Origin: a virus
Taxonomy: Duplodnaviria > Heunggongvirae > Uroviricota > Caudoviricetes
IMG/VR virus record: IMGVR_UViG_2519899562_000018
DNA: 32,756 nt
Direction: 5' to 3' (one strand)
The position numbers were made by a program, and so were the translations under genes. Positions 1 through 8,309 of the stretch are shown here, piece by piece. The notes under the pieces are model-generated. The model worked only from the letters and a program-made list of their open reading frames with translations, was not told the origin of the DNA and made no database searches. Positions within the stretch are counted from its first letter, which is position 1. Each line of letters begins with the position of its first letter.

Positions 1-19
1 GTAATCACGCGGCTACACC

Positions 20-55
20 CTCACCCCGGCCCTCTCCCTAAGGGAGAGGGAGAAA
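20..55. repeat. GC-rich palindromic element (CCCTCTCCC-TAA-GGGAGAGGG) in presumed host flank, REP-like
   Basis: Perfect inverted repeat read directly in the sequence; resembles enterobacterial intergenic palindromes; function not established. Confidence 0.3.
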
Positions 56-239
56 AACTCTCCCGCTTTCGTTTTTAAGATTTTGTTGACCGTCTCAATT
101 AAACGCGTGACCCGACGCGGGAAATGTCGGGGCGCTCTCCCAAGTGACACACTTTCGAGAGGATTCAGGATGGGGCAATCATCGCAACCACATGAGTTAG
201 GCGGCGGGCTGAAGTCACGCCACGTGTAACCAGGTGAAT

Positions 240-400
240 CATTTGATACCGACAAGGGTTTTAGTGAAAGGAGGTGAAATCACCTGTAAGATGCTGAAAT
301 AAAACAGGTGATGTATACTTCGGACGGAAAACTCTTTTTGATACCGACTGCTCAACAAATAGTCAAAAGATCAAAAAACGGCGACACATTTGATACTGCT
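240..400 (+). repeat. Putative left-end (attL-like) region with three direct TTTGATAC(C/T)G repeats at about 242, 337 and 389
   Basis: Three direct copies with about 95 and 52 bp spacing, similar to L1-L2-L3 spacing in Mu attL; CAGGTGA motif also recurs at about 231, 281 (inverted) and 305. Confidence 0.4.
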
Positions 401-591
401 AATTTACCCTTAAAATCTTCTTCAAAACATCTTCAAAACATCTTCAAACTGCCAAAATGCTCACATAATCGATCTAACTATAATCAGTATGATAATCATC
501 ATGAATTACTATTCAATAGCGTGATTATCTTGGGATGAGTCATATGATCTCTATATGTATTTACAGCACCACCTCATGATAGCGATGGCGC

Positions 592-1203
592 TTAACCAAC
601 AACATTTTTCTTTACTGTCACTGCCCCTGATTCCTGGGTGGCGTTATTGCTCGAGTTGTACTTCTCAATAACGCGCAAAATCTCTTTGTCTGTTTCTTCA
701 CTTCCCGCCATTCCTATCTTTATTGCATTTTTTAGTACGGGACGTAATGGCAAGGCATCAATGATGCTTTCTACCGCATCCTGGCTGATTGTAGATGTAT
801 TCATTGCTGCCAGCCTGACAAGGTTATTAGTACCTTCTCGCCTGATGAATGTAAGGATTAATTGCTTCTCTTGGGGGCTTAGAGAGCTAAGCGCCTGATC
901 AATACCCGAACCTGAATCGCAATTGTTTTCGATTTTTCCGCATTCATCTTCGTTCTTGCCTGTGGCCAACCATTCGAGTGAACAATTACAGGCTTTAGCT
1001 ATTAAGGCCAGTTTATCCAAAGGAGGGAAGTTTTTCCCCTTCCTGTAATTTCTTACTGTGGCTTCAGATAGTCCACAAAGGGTCGCCAGTTCGACGTTTG
1101 TCATGTTTCCCATAGCCATAGCTAAGCGTTCTGAAAATCGGTTTATTCCTTCCATATCAATAAACCGTTCCGCACTGGATACGGTTTTTTCTGCCTTATC
1201 CAT
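592..1203 (-). CDS. Prophage repressor, XRE/Cro-C1 family helix-turn-helix protein (functional analogue of Mu c)
   Basis: 203 aa; HTH segment NVELATLCGLSEATVRNYRKG; divergent from ner at the position Mu c occupies; no S24 peptidase motif seen. Confidence 0.8.
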   Translation of the reverse strand: MDKAEKTVSSAERFIDMEGINRFSERLAMAMGNMTNVELATLCGLSEATVRNYRKGKNFPPLDKLALIAKACNCSLEWLATGKNEDECGKIENNCDSGSGIDQALSSLSPQEKQLILTFIRREGTNNLVRLAAMNTSTISQDAVESIIDALPLRPVLKNAIKIGMAGSEETDKEILRVIEKYNSSNNATQESGAVTVKKNVVG

Positions 1204-1359
1204 ATAACCCCCTATAAAACAAAGAAATTATCGACATCGCATTTAATTTCGATATGCTCGCAAAAAACCGTTGATATCGAATTATTTTGCGATTATGATT
1301 TACCTAAATCGATAACCGGTTTTGATTATCGGTTCAGGTAAACATGAGAGGATCACACA
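1204..1359. promoter_or_regulatory. Divergent repressor/early promoter-operator region
   Basis: AT-rich 156 bp between divergent genes; repeated TCGATA/TATCGA half-sites (about 1229, 1249, 1273, 1309, 1326); candidate rightward -35 TTGATA (about 1271) and -10 TATGAT (about 1294); SD GAGAGGA before ner. Confidence 0.5.
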
Positions 1360-1626
1360 ATGAGGGTATCCAGACAAGCATCGAATAATTTGTTTGTTCG
1401 AGAGGGGTGTGACTGGTCTGCTAAAGCGGTATATGCAGCCCTTGAAAACAAAGGCACAGACCTCCCTGAACTGGAAAGGGAGTTAGGATTAAAAAGCGGA
1501 TCAATGCGCAATGTGTTTTACCGCCAGTGCCGTAAATACGAAGCCGCCATCGCCGAAAAAATAGGGGTTGAACCTGCTGTAATCTGGCCCAGCAGATACC
1601 AGGTGGACGCCAGAGAAGTGGCTTGA
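1360..1626 (+). CDS. ner: Ner-like DNA-binding protein (Ner/Nlp family)
   Basis: 88 aa; DW...IWPSRYQ C-terminal signature characteristic of Mu Ner / E. coli Nlp; immediately upstream of transposase. Confidence 0.85.
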   Translation: MRVSRQASNNLFVREGCDWSAKAVYAALENKGTDLPELERELGLKSGSMRNVFYRQCRKYEAAIAEKIGVEPAVIWPSRYQVDAREVA

Positions 1627-1636
1627 TGGGGGATGT

Positions 1637-3727
1637 ATGTGGGTAACAGCAAAAGAATGTGTTGGTCTTCCTGATTTACCAATGATGGAACATAACATTC
1701 GCCATCGACTCACAAAAGCAGCTGCGGGAAATGCAGCCATGTTACGCAAACGTAAGGGGACAAAAGCAATCGAATTTAATATCGATTGTTTGCCTTCTGG
1801 CGCGCAACAAGTATTGCGTGAACGTTATGCCCTTCAACTGATGACGCAAAAAGCTGATGAATCACCGGCTCCGGTGGTGACAAAGGCCAGACGCTCGCCT
1901 GCCGTGGTTGATGCGGTGGAGGCATATCGCGGATCACCACAACTGATGGTTGAACGCCTTAATGCCCTGACTGAAAACCAGCGCCAGGTGGCTGATGCAC
2001 GAATTGCGATCGTCAGCGAAGTGATGAAAGTCGCGCAACAACCCGGTTTCAGCTGTGCGAAAGCTATCCGGTTTATCGTTGACAACCTGGCACGTTCGCA
2101 ACTGGACGAGCGCATTGTGGCAATGGTTGAGACGGCGAACGCCAAAAAGGGAAACAGCCGTGCGTTGAGTGAAATAACGCTGAAACGCTGGATTGCGGCC
2201 TTTAACAAGGCGCAGAACGCCGCTGAACGCCTGCTTTTACTGGCACCGGGTAAGCGCCAGGAAATAAAAGCCGAAGATATTAACTGGCTGCCCGAATTTC
2301 TGGCGCAGTATCGCCAGTCAAACGGCCGACCAATGACCGAGGCTTACGAGGATTTTGTCGCTGAATGGCAGCACCGGCACGCTGATGAGCCTTATATGCT
2401 CGATATCATGCCGTCTTATGACACCATTCGCCGCGCAATGAAGAAACTGCCGGAAGTGGTGAAACAAAAAGGCCGGGTGACCGGCAGTGAATACCGCCAG
2501 CTTGAGGGATTCACGCGCCGCGACTGGTCCAGAATGCCGGTGAATTATGTCTGGATTGGTGACGGTCACGGCATGAAGCTGAAATGCGCACACCCGGTTC
2601 ACGGTCGGCCATTTGCACCGGAAGTGACCTTTGTTATCGACGGTGGCACGCGCTTTGTGGTGGGCTGGAGCCTTGACCTGGCTGAAAATGTTTTCGCCGT
2701 AGCCGGTGCCATACAGCACGGCATTCGCCATCACGGCAAACCGTTTCTGTATTACTCGGATAACGGCTCCGGGGAAACCGCCGACATCCTGGATAAGGAG
2801 GTTGTGGGGATACTGCCGCGACTGGGGATTAATCACCCGACCGGGATTGCCGGTAATCCGCAGGGACGAGGCATTATCGAACGGCTTAACCGCACATTAC
2901 CGATGCGCATAGCCCGTAAATACCGCACCTATTTCGGGAAAGGTGCAGATCGCGAGACGTTACGCAAAACCAACCGCGATTTACGCTCGGCATTTACTGC
3001 CCTGCAACAGGGCAAACGGCTGAACGCCCGGCAGCAGTCAGCGATGCGTGATTTACCGTCCTGGTCTGAACTGATTGATGCCATTCGTGACGGTGTTGAG
3101 TGGTACAACAACCGGCCGCACGATGAATTACCGGTGAAGCCGAACGGCAAGCATTACAGCCCGGCGGAGTTCAGAAAAAAACGCCTGGCGGAAGAGGACA
3201 CGGAAATTGAATGGCTGTCCGATGTTGAGCTGCGGGATATGTTCCGGCCGATGGTGGAACGCCCTGTAAGACGCTGTGAAATACGCTGGCTGAATAATAT
3301 TTACTACGCGCCCGAGCTGCGTGACGAGCATGGTCGTAAGGTGCTTATCAGCTATGACATTCATGATGCCGAACGAATTACCGTACGTCGCCTGGATGGC
3401 AGCGTGATTTGCGAGGCGGTATGGGACGGTAATAAACGCGAAGCCTTCCCGGTTAGCGCGGAATACTACAAACAGCAGCAACGCCTTAAAGGCATGCGTA
3501 AACGCGCAGAGGAAAAAATCCGTGATGCCGAGGATGAGGTTGTCAACGTGCTGGAGCACAAGCCGCAGGAGCCCTGGCTGGAAAACATATACCGCCCTGT
3601 GGGTAATACGGTGACCGTTCAGCAACCGGTCGCTGACGATGAACCTGATGAAGAATACGAGCGTAATTTCCAGCGGGGATTGCAGTTGCTGGAAGCGAAA
3701 TTAAAAGAAAATGACCCGCTGGCCTGA
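1637..3727 (+). CDS. Mu-type DDE transposase (MuA-like)
   Basis: 696 aa (Mu A is 663 aa); core region VWIGDGHGMKL...VIDGGTRFVVGW typical of DDE transposase/integrase fold; position after ner. Confidence 0.9.
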   Translation: MWVTAKECVGLPDLPMMEHNIRHRLTKAAAGNAAMLRKRKGTKAIEFNIDCLPSGAQQVLRERYALQLMTQKADESPAPVVTKARRSPAVVDAVEAYRGSPQLMVERLNALTENQRQVADARIAIVSEVMKVAQQPGFSCAKAIRFIVDNLARSQLDERIVAMVETANAKKGNSRALSEITLKRWIAAFNKAQNAAERLLLLAPGKRQEIKAEDINWLPEFLAQYRQSNGRPMTEAYEDFVAEWQHRHADEPYMLDIMPSYDTIRRAMKKLPEVVKQKGRVTGSEYRQLEGFTRRDWSRMPVNYVWIGDGHGMKLKCAHPVHGRPFAPEVTFVIDGGTRFVVGWSLDLAENVFAVAGAIQHGIRHHGKPFLYYSDNGSGETADILDKEVVGILPRLGINHPTGIAGNPQGRGIIERLNRTLPMRIARKYRTYFGKGADRETLRKTNRDLRSAFTALQQGKRLNARQQSAMRDLPSWSELIDAIRDGVEWYNNRPHDELPVKPNGKHYSPAEFRKKRLAEEDTEIEWLSDVELRDMFRPMVERPVRRCEIRWLNNIYYAPELRDEHGRKVLISYDIHDAERITVRRLDGSVICEAVWDGNKREAFPVSAEYYKQQQRLKGMRKRAEEKIRDAEDEVVNVLEHKPQEPWLENIYRPVGNTVTVQQPVADDEPDEEYERNFQRGLQLLEAKLKENDPLA

Positions 3728-3734
3728 AATAAAA

Positions 3735-3765
3735 AAATAACCCGAGCGGCGACTCAGGTTATTTG
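3735..3765 (+). terminator. Hairpin in the A-B intergenic spacer (possible attenuator or partial terminator)
   Basis: AAATAACCCGAG-cggcga-CTCAGGTTATTT, about 11 of 12 bp paired, A-tract 5' and T-tract 3'. Confidence 0.3.
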
Positions 3766-3798
3766 ATTAAACAAGGTATCAAATGAGAGGTTAATAAT

Positions 3799-4731
3799 AT
3801 GACTGATATTAACGATGTAATCAAGACCATTGATGAACTTATTGATGGCGGCGTACTGACGCAGTATGCCATCGCCAGAGAGGCGGGAATTTCCGACGGC
3901 ACATTATCGGCTTTCCGTAAGGGAAAATATAAAGGCGATAACGCTGCTGTGGCTGCTTCCCTGCGTTCCTGGTATGAGAACTGGAATAAACAAAGCGCAC
4001 TGCCGGAACCGCCGCAGTTTGTGGAAACGCAGACAGTCCAGGAGCTGCGCGCACTGTTTCAGGCGGTTCGTCTGATGGGCTGTATTAACGTTATTGTGGG
4101 CGTACCGGGTGTGGGTAAAACGGCCACTGCCCGTAATTACTGCCAGGAGCAACCAAACACCTGGATGATCACCCTGTCACCCGCGCACTCCAGCGTCACG
4201 GAGTGTCTGCTGGAGCTGGCCGATGCGCTGGGGATTGATTACACCCGCGCGAACAAAGGGGCATTATCCCGCGCCATCCGCCGTCGCCTGATGGGAACGC
4301 GTGGACTGGTGATTGTGGATGAGGCGGATCATCTTGGTATTGACGGTCTGGAGCAACTCCGGGCAATTCAGGACGCCACGGGGATCGGGATGGTGCTTAT
4401 TGGTAACCCGCGCGGATTGTTTAAAGGTGGACGCCGCGCCTTTGATGATTTATCGCGCCTGTTCAGCCGTCTTGCCCGTACAAAACAACTTCGCAAGGCC
4501 AAAAAGGCGGATGTGCTGGCCATTGCCAGGGCGTGGGGGATCAGTGGTGAGGCCGAGCTGGCCGTCATGCAGGCTATCGCTGAAAAGCCGGGAGCGTTAC
4601 GCGTTCTGACACATACGCTTAACCAGGCGTGGCTCACCGCCAGCGGTGAAGGCGCGGCGCTGACAGAAAAACATATTAATGCGGCCTTTAAAGAGGTTTA
4701 TACCAACCCTGAATTACTCTCACAGGTGTGA
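3799..4731 (+). CDS. MuB-like AAA+ ATPase, transposition target-DNA activator
   Basis: 310 aa (Mu B is 312 aa); Walker A GVPGVGKT, Walker B-like LVIVDEADHL; N-terminal HTH-like segment; directly after transposase. Confidence 0.85.
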   Translation: MTDINDVIKTIDELIDGGVLTQYAIAREAGISDGTLSAFRKGKYKGDNAAVAASLRSWYENWNKQSALPEPPQFVETQTVQELRALFQAVRLMGCINVIVGVPGVGKTATARNYCQEQPNTWMITLSPAHSSVTECLLELADALGIDYTRANKGALSRAIRRRLMGTRGLVIVDEADHLGIDGLEQLRAIQDATGIGMVLIGNPRGLFKGGRRAFDDLSRLFSRLARTKQLRKAKKADVLAIARAWGISGEAELAVMQAIAEKPGALRVLTHTLNQAWLTASGEGAALTEKHINAAFKEVYTNPELLSQV

Positions 4732-4955
4732 TTATGGCGGTATTTAATATTCCTGATATTTACGGACGCTTTTACCTGGTTAATTTCGATAACGTGAAGG
4801 TGATTTCACTGGCCGAAAATAAAGAATGTGGCGATTTTCTTTTTGAATTTAATGACCGCACACGAATGGTGATATCTGCCGGACTTGATCGCGAAGGTGC
4901 GACAGACGTTTACAGCGGAATATGCCGTTCTGTTGGTGCGAAACAAGTCAGCTAA
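4728..4955 (+). CDS. Small early protein (positional analogue of Mu kil), hypothetical
   Basis: 75 aa; ATGA overlap with B stop (translational coupling); function not recognisable from sequence. Confidence 0.5.
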   Translation: MIMAVFNIPDIYGRFYLVNFDNVKVISLAENKECGDFLFEFNDRTRMVISAGLDREGATDVYSGICRSVGAKQVS

Positions 4956-5222
4956 ATGAGGTGTTATATGAATATGCAATCCTGCGGTAACAAAATGAAT
5001 TTATTCGACTCCCTGAACAGCGCGCGCCGTCTGACCGAACTTGCCGGTGCGGTACTGGAACGCAGTAAGCGCTATCCGCAACGTTTTGCACTGAAAACCA
5101 CGCCGCCGGTAGGCAACGTGCAGGGAACCGGTGAAATTGAAATCACCATACAGACCAACGGCCTGCGCCGCCGTGTGAAGGCCACCCGCATCAGCGGCTG
5201 CACGGTTTACTGGGAGGTGTGA
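4956..5222 (+). CDS. Hypothetical early protein (true start may be ATG at 4968)
   Basis: 88 aa ORF in early operon; GAGGTG SD upstream of 4968. Confidence 0.45.
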   Translation: MRCYMNMQSCGNKMNLFDSLNSARRLTELAGAVLERSKRYPQRFALKTTPPVGNVQGTGEIEITIQTNGLRRRVKATRISGCTVYWEV

Positions 5223-5223
5223 G

Positions 5224-5505
5224 GTGAAAAAAAATCTCATTGCATGGGCGTGGTCGAGTGGTCTTATTGAGTTTGGTTACGTCCTGCCGGAAGGTGCATT
5301 GCCGATAGTTGCCGGAAAGCCTGCCACGGTACGGCATGTGATTGAGGTTATGGCGCGTCATGGACGTGATGAACAGGAGCAGTTACTGGTTCCGGGGATA
5401 CCGGAAGCGGTGACGGAGGAAGAAGCCTTTAATGCCATGATTCGGTTCTGCCGTGAGGTCAGACGCCGGGTCAGTTATCCAAACAGAACGAGGACCAGAG
5501 GATGA
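5224..5505 (+). CDS. Hypothetical early protein (GTG start)
   Basis: 93 aa; GGAGGTG SD six nt upstream; tight packing with neighbours. Confidence 0.45.
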   Translation: MKKNLIAWAWSSGLIEFGYVLPEGALPIVAGKPATVRHVIEVMARHGRDEQEQLLVPGIPEAVTEEEAFNAMIRFCREVRRRVSYPNRTRTRG

Positions 5506-5774
5506 GTAAAGTCGTACGCATTATTTTCGAATACAAGGAGCACGTTATCCATAAAAACGCTGATGGAACAGTGCGCATGGGGGTAAGTCTGGACATACGT
5601 TCAACCGGGATAAAGCAGAAAGGTGATGGACCCGCCATGATTTTTGGGGTGGTTATGCTCGCGGAAAGCAGAGACTTTGCTGAACTTGTGGCAATGAAAG
5701 CCAGTGCGCTCATGAAAGATATGAGCATGCGTTCCGGGGTTATTAAAGGTAATGAATTTAATCAGCAGGGGTAA
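5502..5774 (+). CDS. Hypothetical early protein, paralogue 1 (N-terminus MSKVVRIIFEYKEH)
   Basis: 90 aa; ATGA overlap with upstream gene; N-terminus and 5' nucleotide sequence similar to the next gene. Confidence 0.5.
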   Translation: MSKVVRIIFEYKEHVIHKNADGTVRMGVSLDIRSTGIKQKGDGPAMIFGVVMLAESRDFAELVAMKASALMKDMSMRSGVIKGNEFNQQG

Positions 5775-5778
5775 TTCC

Positions 5779-6072
5779 ATGAGCAAAGTACGCGTTATTT
5801 TTGAATTTAAGCATGTTTCGCATGACGAAAAACCGGCAGGCAATGACTGTGTTGAAGTGCATGAAAAGATTGGTGTGGATGTAAAAACAGAACGTGATAC
5901 GAATAACAGGCCGACGTCACTCTGTGACGTTTATGCAAGTATTCTCCAGTATCACAGTCCTGAAATTATTCAGTTTCTCTCAGCGGAATTTCAGGCATCT
6001 GTACAGGCTTTTGGGGCGGATGCCATCATTAAACGCCACCGCGTGCATAAAGCATCAGGCACACTGCAATAA
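5779..6072 (+). CDS. Hypothetical early protein, paralogue 2 (N-terminus MSKVRVIFEFKH)
   Basis: 98 aa from ATG 5779 (track frame opens at 5752, but 5779 has an SD and parallels paralogue 1). Confidence 0.5.
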   Translation: MSKVRVIFEFKHVSHDEKPAGNDCVEVHEKIGVDVKTERDTNNRPTSLCDVYASILQYHSPEIIQFLSAEFQASVQAFGADAIIKRHRVHKASGTLQ

Positions 6073-6083
6073 GGAAAAACAAA

Positions 6084-6614
6084 ATGGCTAAACGTGTTAC
6101 AAAATTAAAGGCCGCAGCCGAGGCTGCACCGCAGACCCGCGAAGAAGTCAGCCGCGATATCCGTACCCTGGGCGATATTCAGCGAGAGGCGCTGCGGCTG
6201 GAAACGGCGATGAATGATGAAGTGGCAGAAATCACCGCCCGTTATACGCCGCAGATTGAAAACCTTAAAAAAGAAATCAAAGTGCTTTTTAAGGGGATTC
6301 AGGACTGGTGCAAAACCAACCGCGATGAGCTGACGAACGGCGGCAAAACCAAAACAGCCAATCTGACCACCGGAACAGTATCATGGCGGCTGGGAAATCC
6401 ATCATGCAGCGTCAGCCGTGATGTGGAAGGTGTGATTGAAATGCTGCGCCGTATGGGGCTTGAGCGATTCATCCGCACGAAAGAGGAAGTGAACAAGGAA
6501 GCGGTCCTGGCGGAGCCGGATGCAGTGAAAGGCATTGCCGGTATTAAGGTGAATAAAGGCGCTGAAAGTTTTTATGTCGAGCCTTTTGAACAGGACGCCG
6601 GACTGAATAAATAA
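6084..6614 (+). CDS. gam: Gam host-nuclease inhibitor (Mu Gam / Ku-like DNA-end binding protein)
   Basis: 176 aa; strong resemblance to recalled Mu Gam (LETxMND..AEIT, NRDELTNGGKxKTANL, RFIRTK.E.NKEA, PFEQ.AG). Confidence 0.9.
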   Translation: MAKRVTKLKAAAEAAPQTREEVSRDIRTLGDIQREALRLETAMNDEVAEITARYTPQIENLKKEIKVLFKGIQDWCKTNRDELTNGGKTKTANLTTGTVSWRLGNPSCSVSRDVEGVIEMLRRMGLERFIRTKEEVNKEAVLAEPDAVKGIAGIKVNKGAESFYVEPFEQDAGLNK

Positions 6615-6711
6615 CACCGCATTAAATCTTTAAATATCACATCGTTTTAAGTATGGCGCTCGCGTCAGGGGACTGCCTGCGCCTGTAAACTGAAAATAAG
6701 GAACAGGATAT

Positions 6712-7254
6712 ATGGCATATTTTTATTTCAAATTAGACCGTGTGCAGACAAATAAATATTTCACCAAATATCAACAGACTGTTTTACCGCTACGCAACAG
6801 TATTCTTCGGGCATTACTGAAAAATACAGGCGCTGCCGGATTGCGCTTAAAGCCGTTTGCCATGGACGTAATCAGTGAGTTTTATTTTTCTGGTGCTCTG
6901 CCTGCGGGCTGGCGTAAGCGCGATGATGTGGCTTTTATCGGGGACGGACCGTGCTTTATTGCCAGACCTGATGAGTCATGCCCTGAAGGACCGGCGATTG
7001 CCGCAATGATTGAAGCCGCTGAACGCGAGTTAAGAAAGCGTCCTGATTTCCTTGTCTGGCTCTGTGAAAAGCTGGGGGTAATGAGAATCCCCTCCATGTT
7101 TAACATGGACTCCTGGTGGACCCCGTCGCTCTCCCGTGATGCCCTGTGCGTGGTGTTTAAAGTAGGCGCTTATGGCAGGGAAATAAAAGGGGGTATTCCT
7201 GAAGAATGCCAGGAGATTAAACATTCTGAATATGTGGCGCTGACGGAGGAATAA
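6712..7254 (+). CDS. Hypothetical early protein
   Basis: 180 aa; AGGAAC SD; no recognisable motif. Confidence 0.55.
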   Translation: MAYFYFKLDRVQTNKYFTKYQQTVLPLRNSILRALLKNTGAAGLRLKPFAMDVISEFYFSGALPAGWRKRDDVAFIGDGPCFIARPDESCPEGPAIAAMIEAAERELRKRPDFLVWLCEKLGVMRIPSMFNMDSWWTPSLSRDALCVVFKVGAYGREIKGGIPEECQEIKHSEYVALTEE

Positions 7255-7257
7255 TTC

Positions 7258-7791
7258 ATGATTGATGCAAAAGTGCTTGAAGGGGTTAAAAACTGGCTGA
7301 GTATTTACGGGCGTCTGACCTGCGGCATTCTGGCTGAAAAAATGAATATGCCGCCATCCTCGATGGTTTATTTTCTGCGTGATGCGGTCGATGCCGGGGT
7401 GCTGACGGAATGTAACGGTTTTTATGATATTCCGCGTCCCCGCCCGGTGCAGCCGGTTCGTCGCAAATGCAGCCAGGAAGGTGCGGCTGATGATGTTCAG
7501 TGGTGCAGCTTCAGAAAATCCCTGCCGTGGATTGAGGGGCATGATATTCCGTCAATGGCGTGGGAATTTGCTCAGGGCGTTCTGACCTGTGAAACCGTTT
7601 ATGTGGTGGCTGAAGTTGATGAGCAGGCCATGAAAGAAGGCGTGCCCCAGTTTGTGATGGCGTATATCGACATACGCCTGGGTGTCATTATCTGCGGTTT
7701 AAGCGGCTGGAATATCACCTCGCGCGTTCTGCGTTACCTGATTGTTGACCGGACGGCCGCGCCTGCCGGGATATCTGCGGAGGTGGCGTAA
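7258..7791 (+). CDS. Hypothetical early protein with possible N-terminal winged-helix segment
   Basis: 177 aa; N-terminal LTCGILAEKMNMPPSSMVYFLRDAVDAGVL resembles a MarR-like wHTH. Confidence 0.55.
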   Translation: MIDAKVLEGVKNWLSIYGRLTCGILAEKMNMPPSSMVYFLRDAVDAGVLTECNGFYDIPRPRPVQPVRRKCSQEGAADDVQWCSFRKSLPWIEGHDIPSMAWEFAQGVLTCETVYVVAEVDEQAMKEGVPQFVMAYIDIRLGVIICGLSGWNITSRVLRYLIVDRTAAPAGISAEVA

Positions 7792-8306
7792 TGTTCTTTA
7801 AAACATCAAACCCTTCCGCGCTGGCCGCGTGGCAAAAATATCAGCAGGACTGCCAGAAAGTTAAGGATGAGGCAAAACGCCTTGAGGCCGTGCTGAATGT
7901 TGCGTGCCGGTCGGTATTTGTATCCGGTATCAGTGGCTTTTGTTTTAAAGGGCTGCGCTTTATGGATGACAAATATCCTTTTCATCGCGACTTATGGCGA
8001 AAACCGACTGCGTCGAATGGCTGGAGCTGCACACCGCGCACATCACGTATTCCCAAAGCCCTGCGCGTTGCCTCTGACGAACTTAACAGTCTGTGGCGTG
8101 AATATTCGCCCGTCACGTATGCCAGAACCGATGCACTGTTGTTCTGGCTGGGTATTGATTTCTCGGCAATCATGTTTGGCCCTGTGAAGTGGTTCTGCGT
8201 TGACGATGTGATTTACCTTGAGTGCGGCGTAAAACCCGCAAATCAGAAAATGACCGAAATTCTGTCTGATGAGTTTTATGCTGCTGAAAAGCGAGTCAGG
8301 GGGTGA
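7791..8306 (+). CDS. Hypothetical early protein
   Basis: 171 aa; TAATG stop-start overlap with upstream gene. Confidence 0.55.
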   Translation: MFFKTSNPSALAAWQKYQQDCQKVKDEAKRLEAVLNVACRSVFVSGISGFCFKGLRFMDDKYPFHRDLWRKPTASNGWSCTPRTSRIPKALRVASDELNSLWREYSPVTYARTDALLFWLGIDFSAIMFGPVKWFCVDDVIYLECGVKPANQKMTEILSDEFYAAEKRVRG

Positions 8307-8309
8307 TGT

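Noticed and set aside
13-255. 80-aa minus-strand ORF at the window start
   Set aside because: Spans the REP-like palindrome and the putative host-phage junction; Pro/Cys/Arg-rich with no RBS; more likely non-coding flank.
308-538. 76-aa plus-strand ORF
   Set aside because: Lies over the putative attL repeats and the tandem-repeat tract; AT-rich, low-complexity translation; probably non-coding end sequence.
2318-3625. Minus-strand ORFs of 172 and 165 aa inside the transposase region
   Set aside because: Antisense to the well-supported MuA-like transposase gene.
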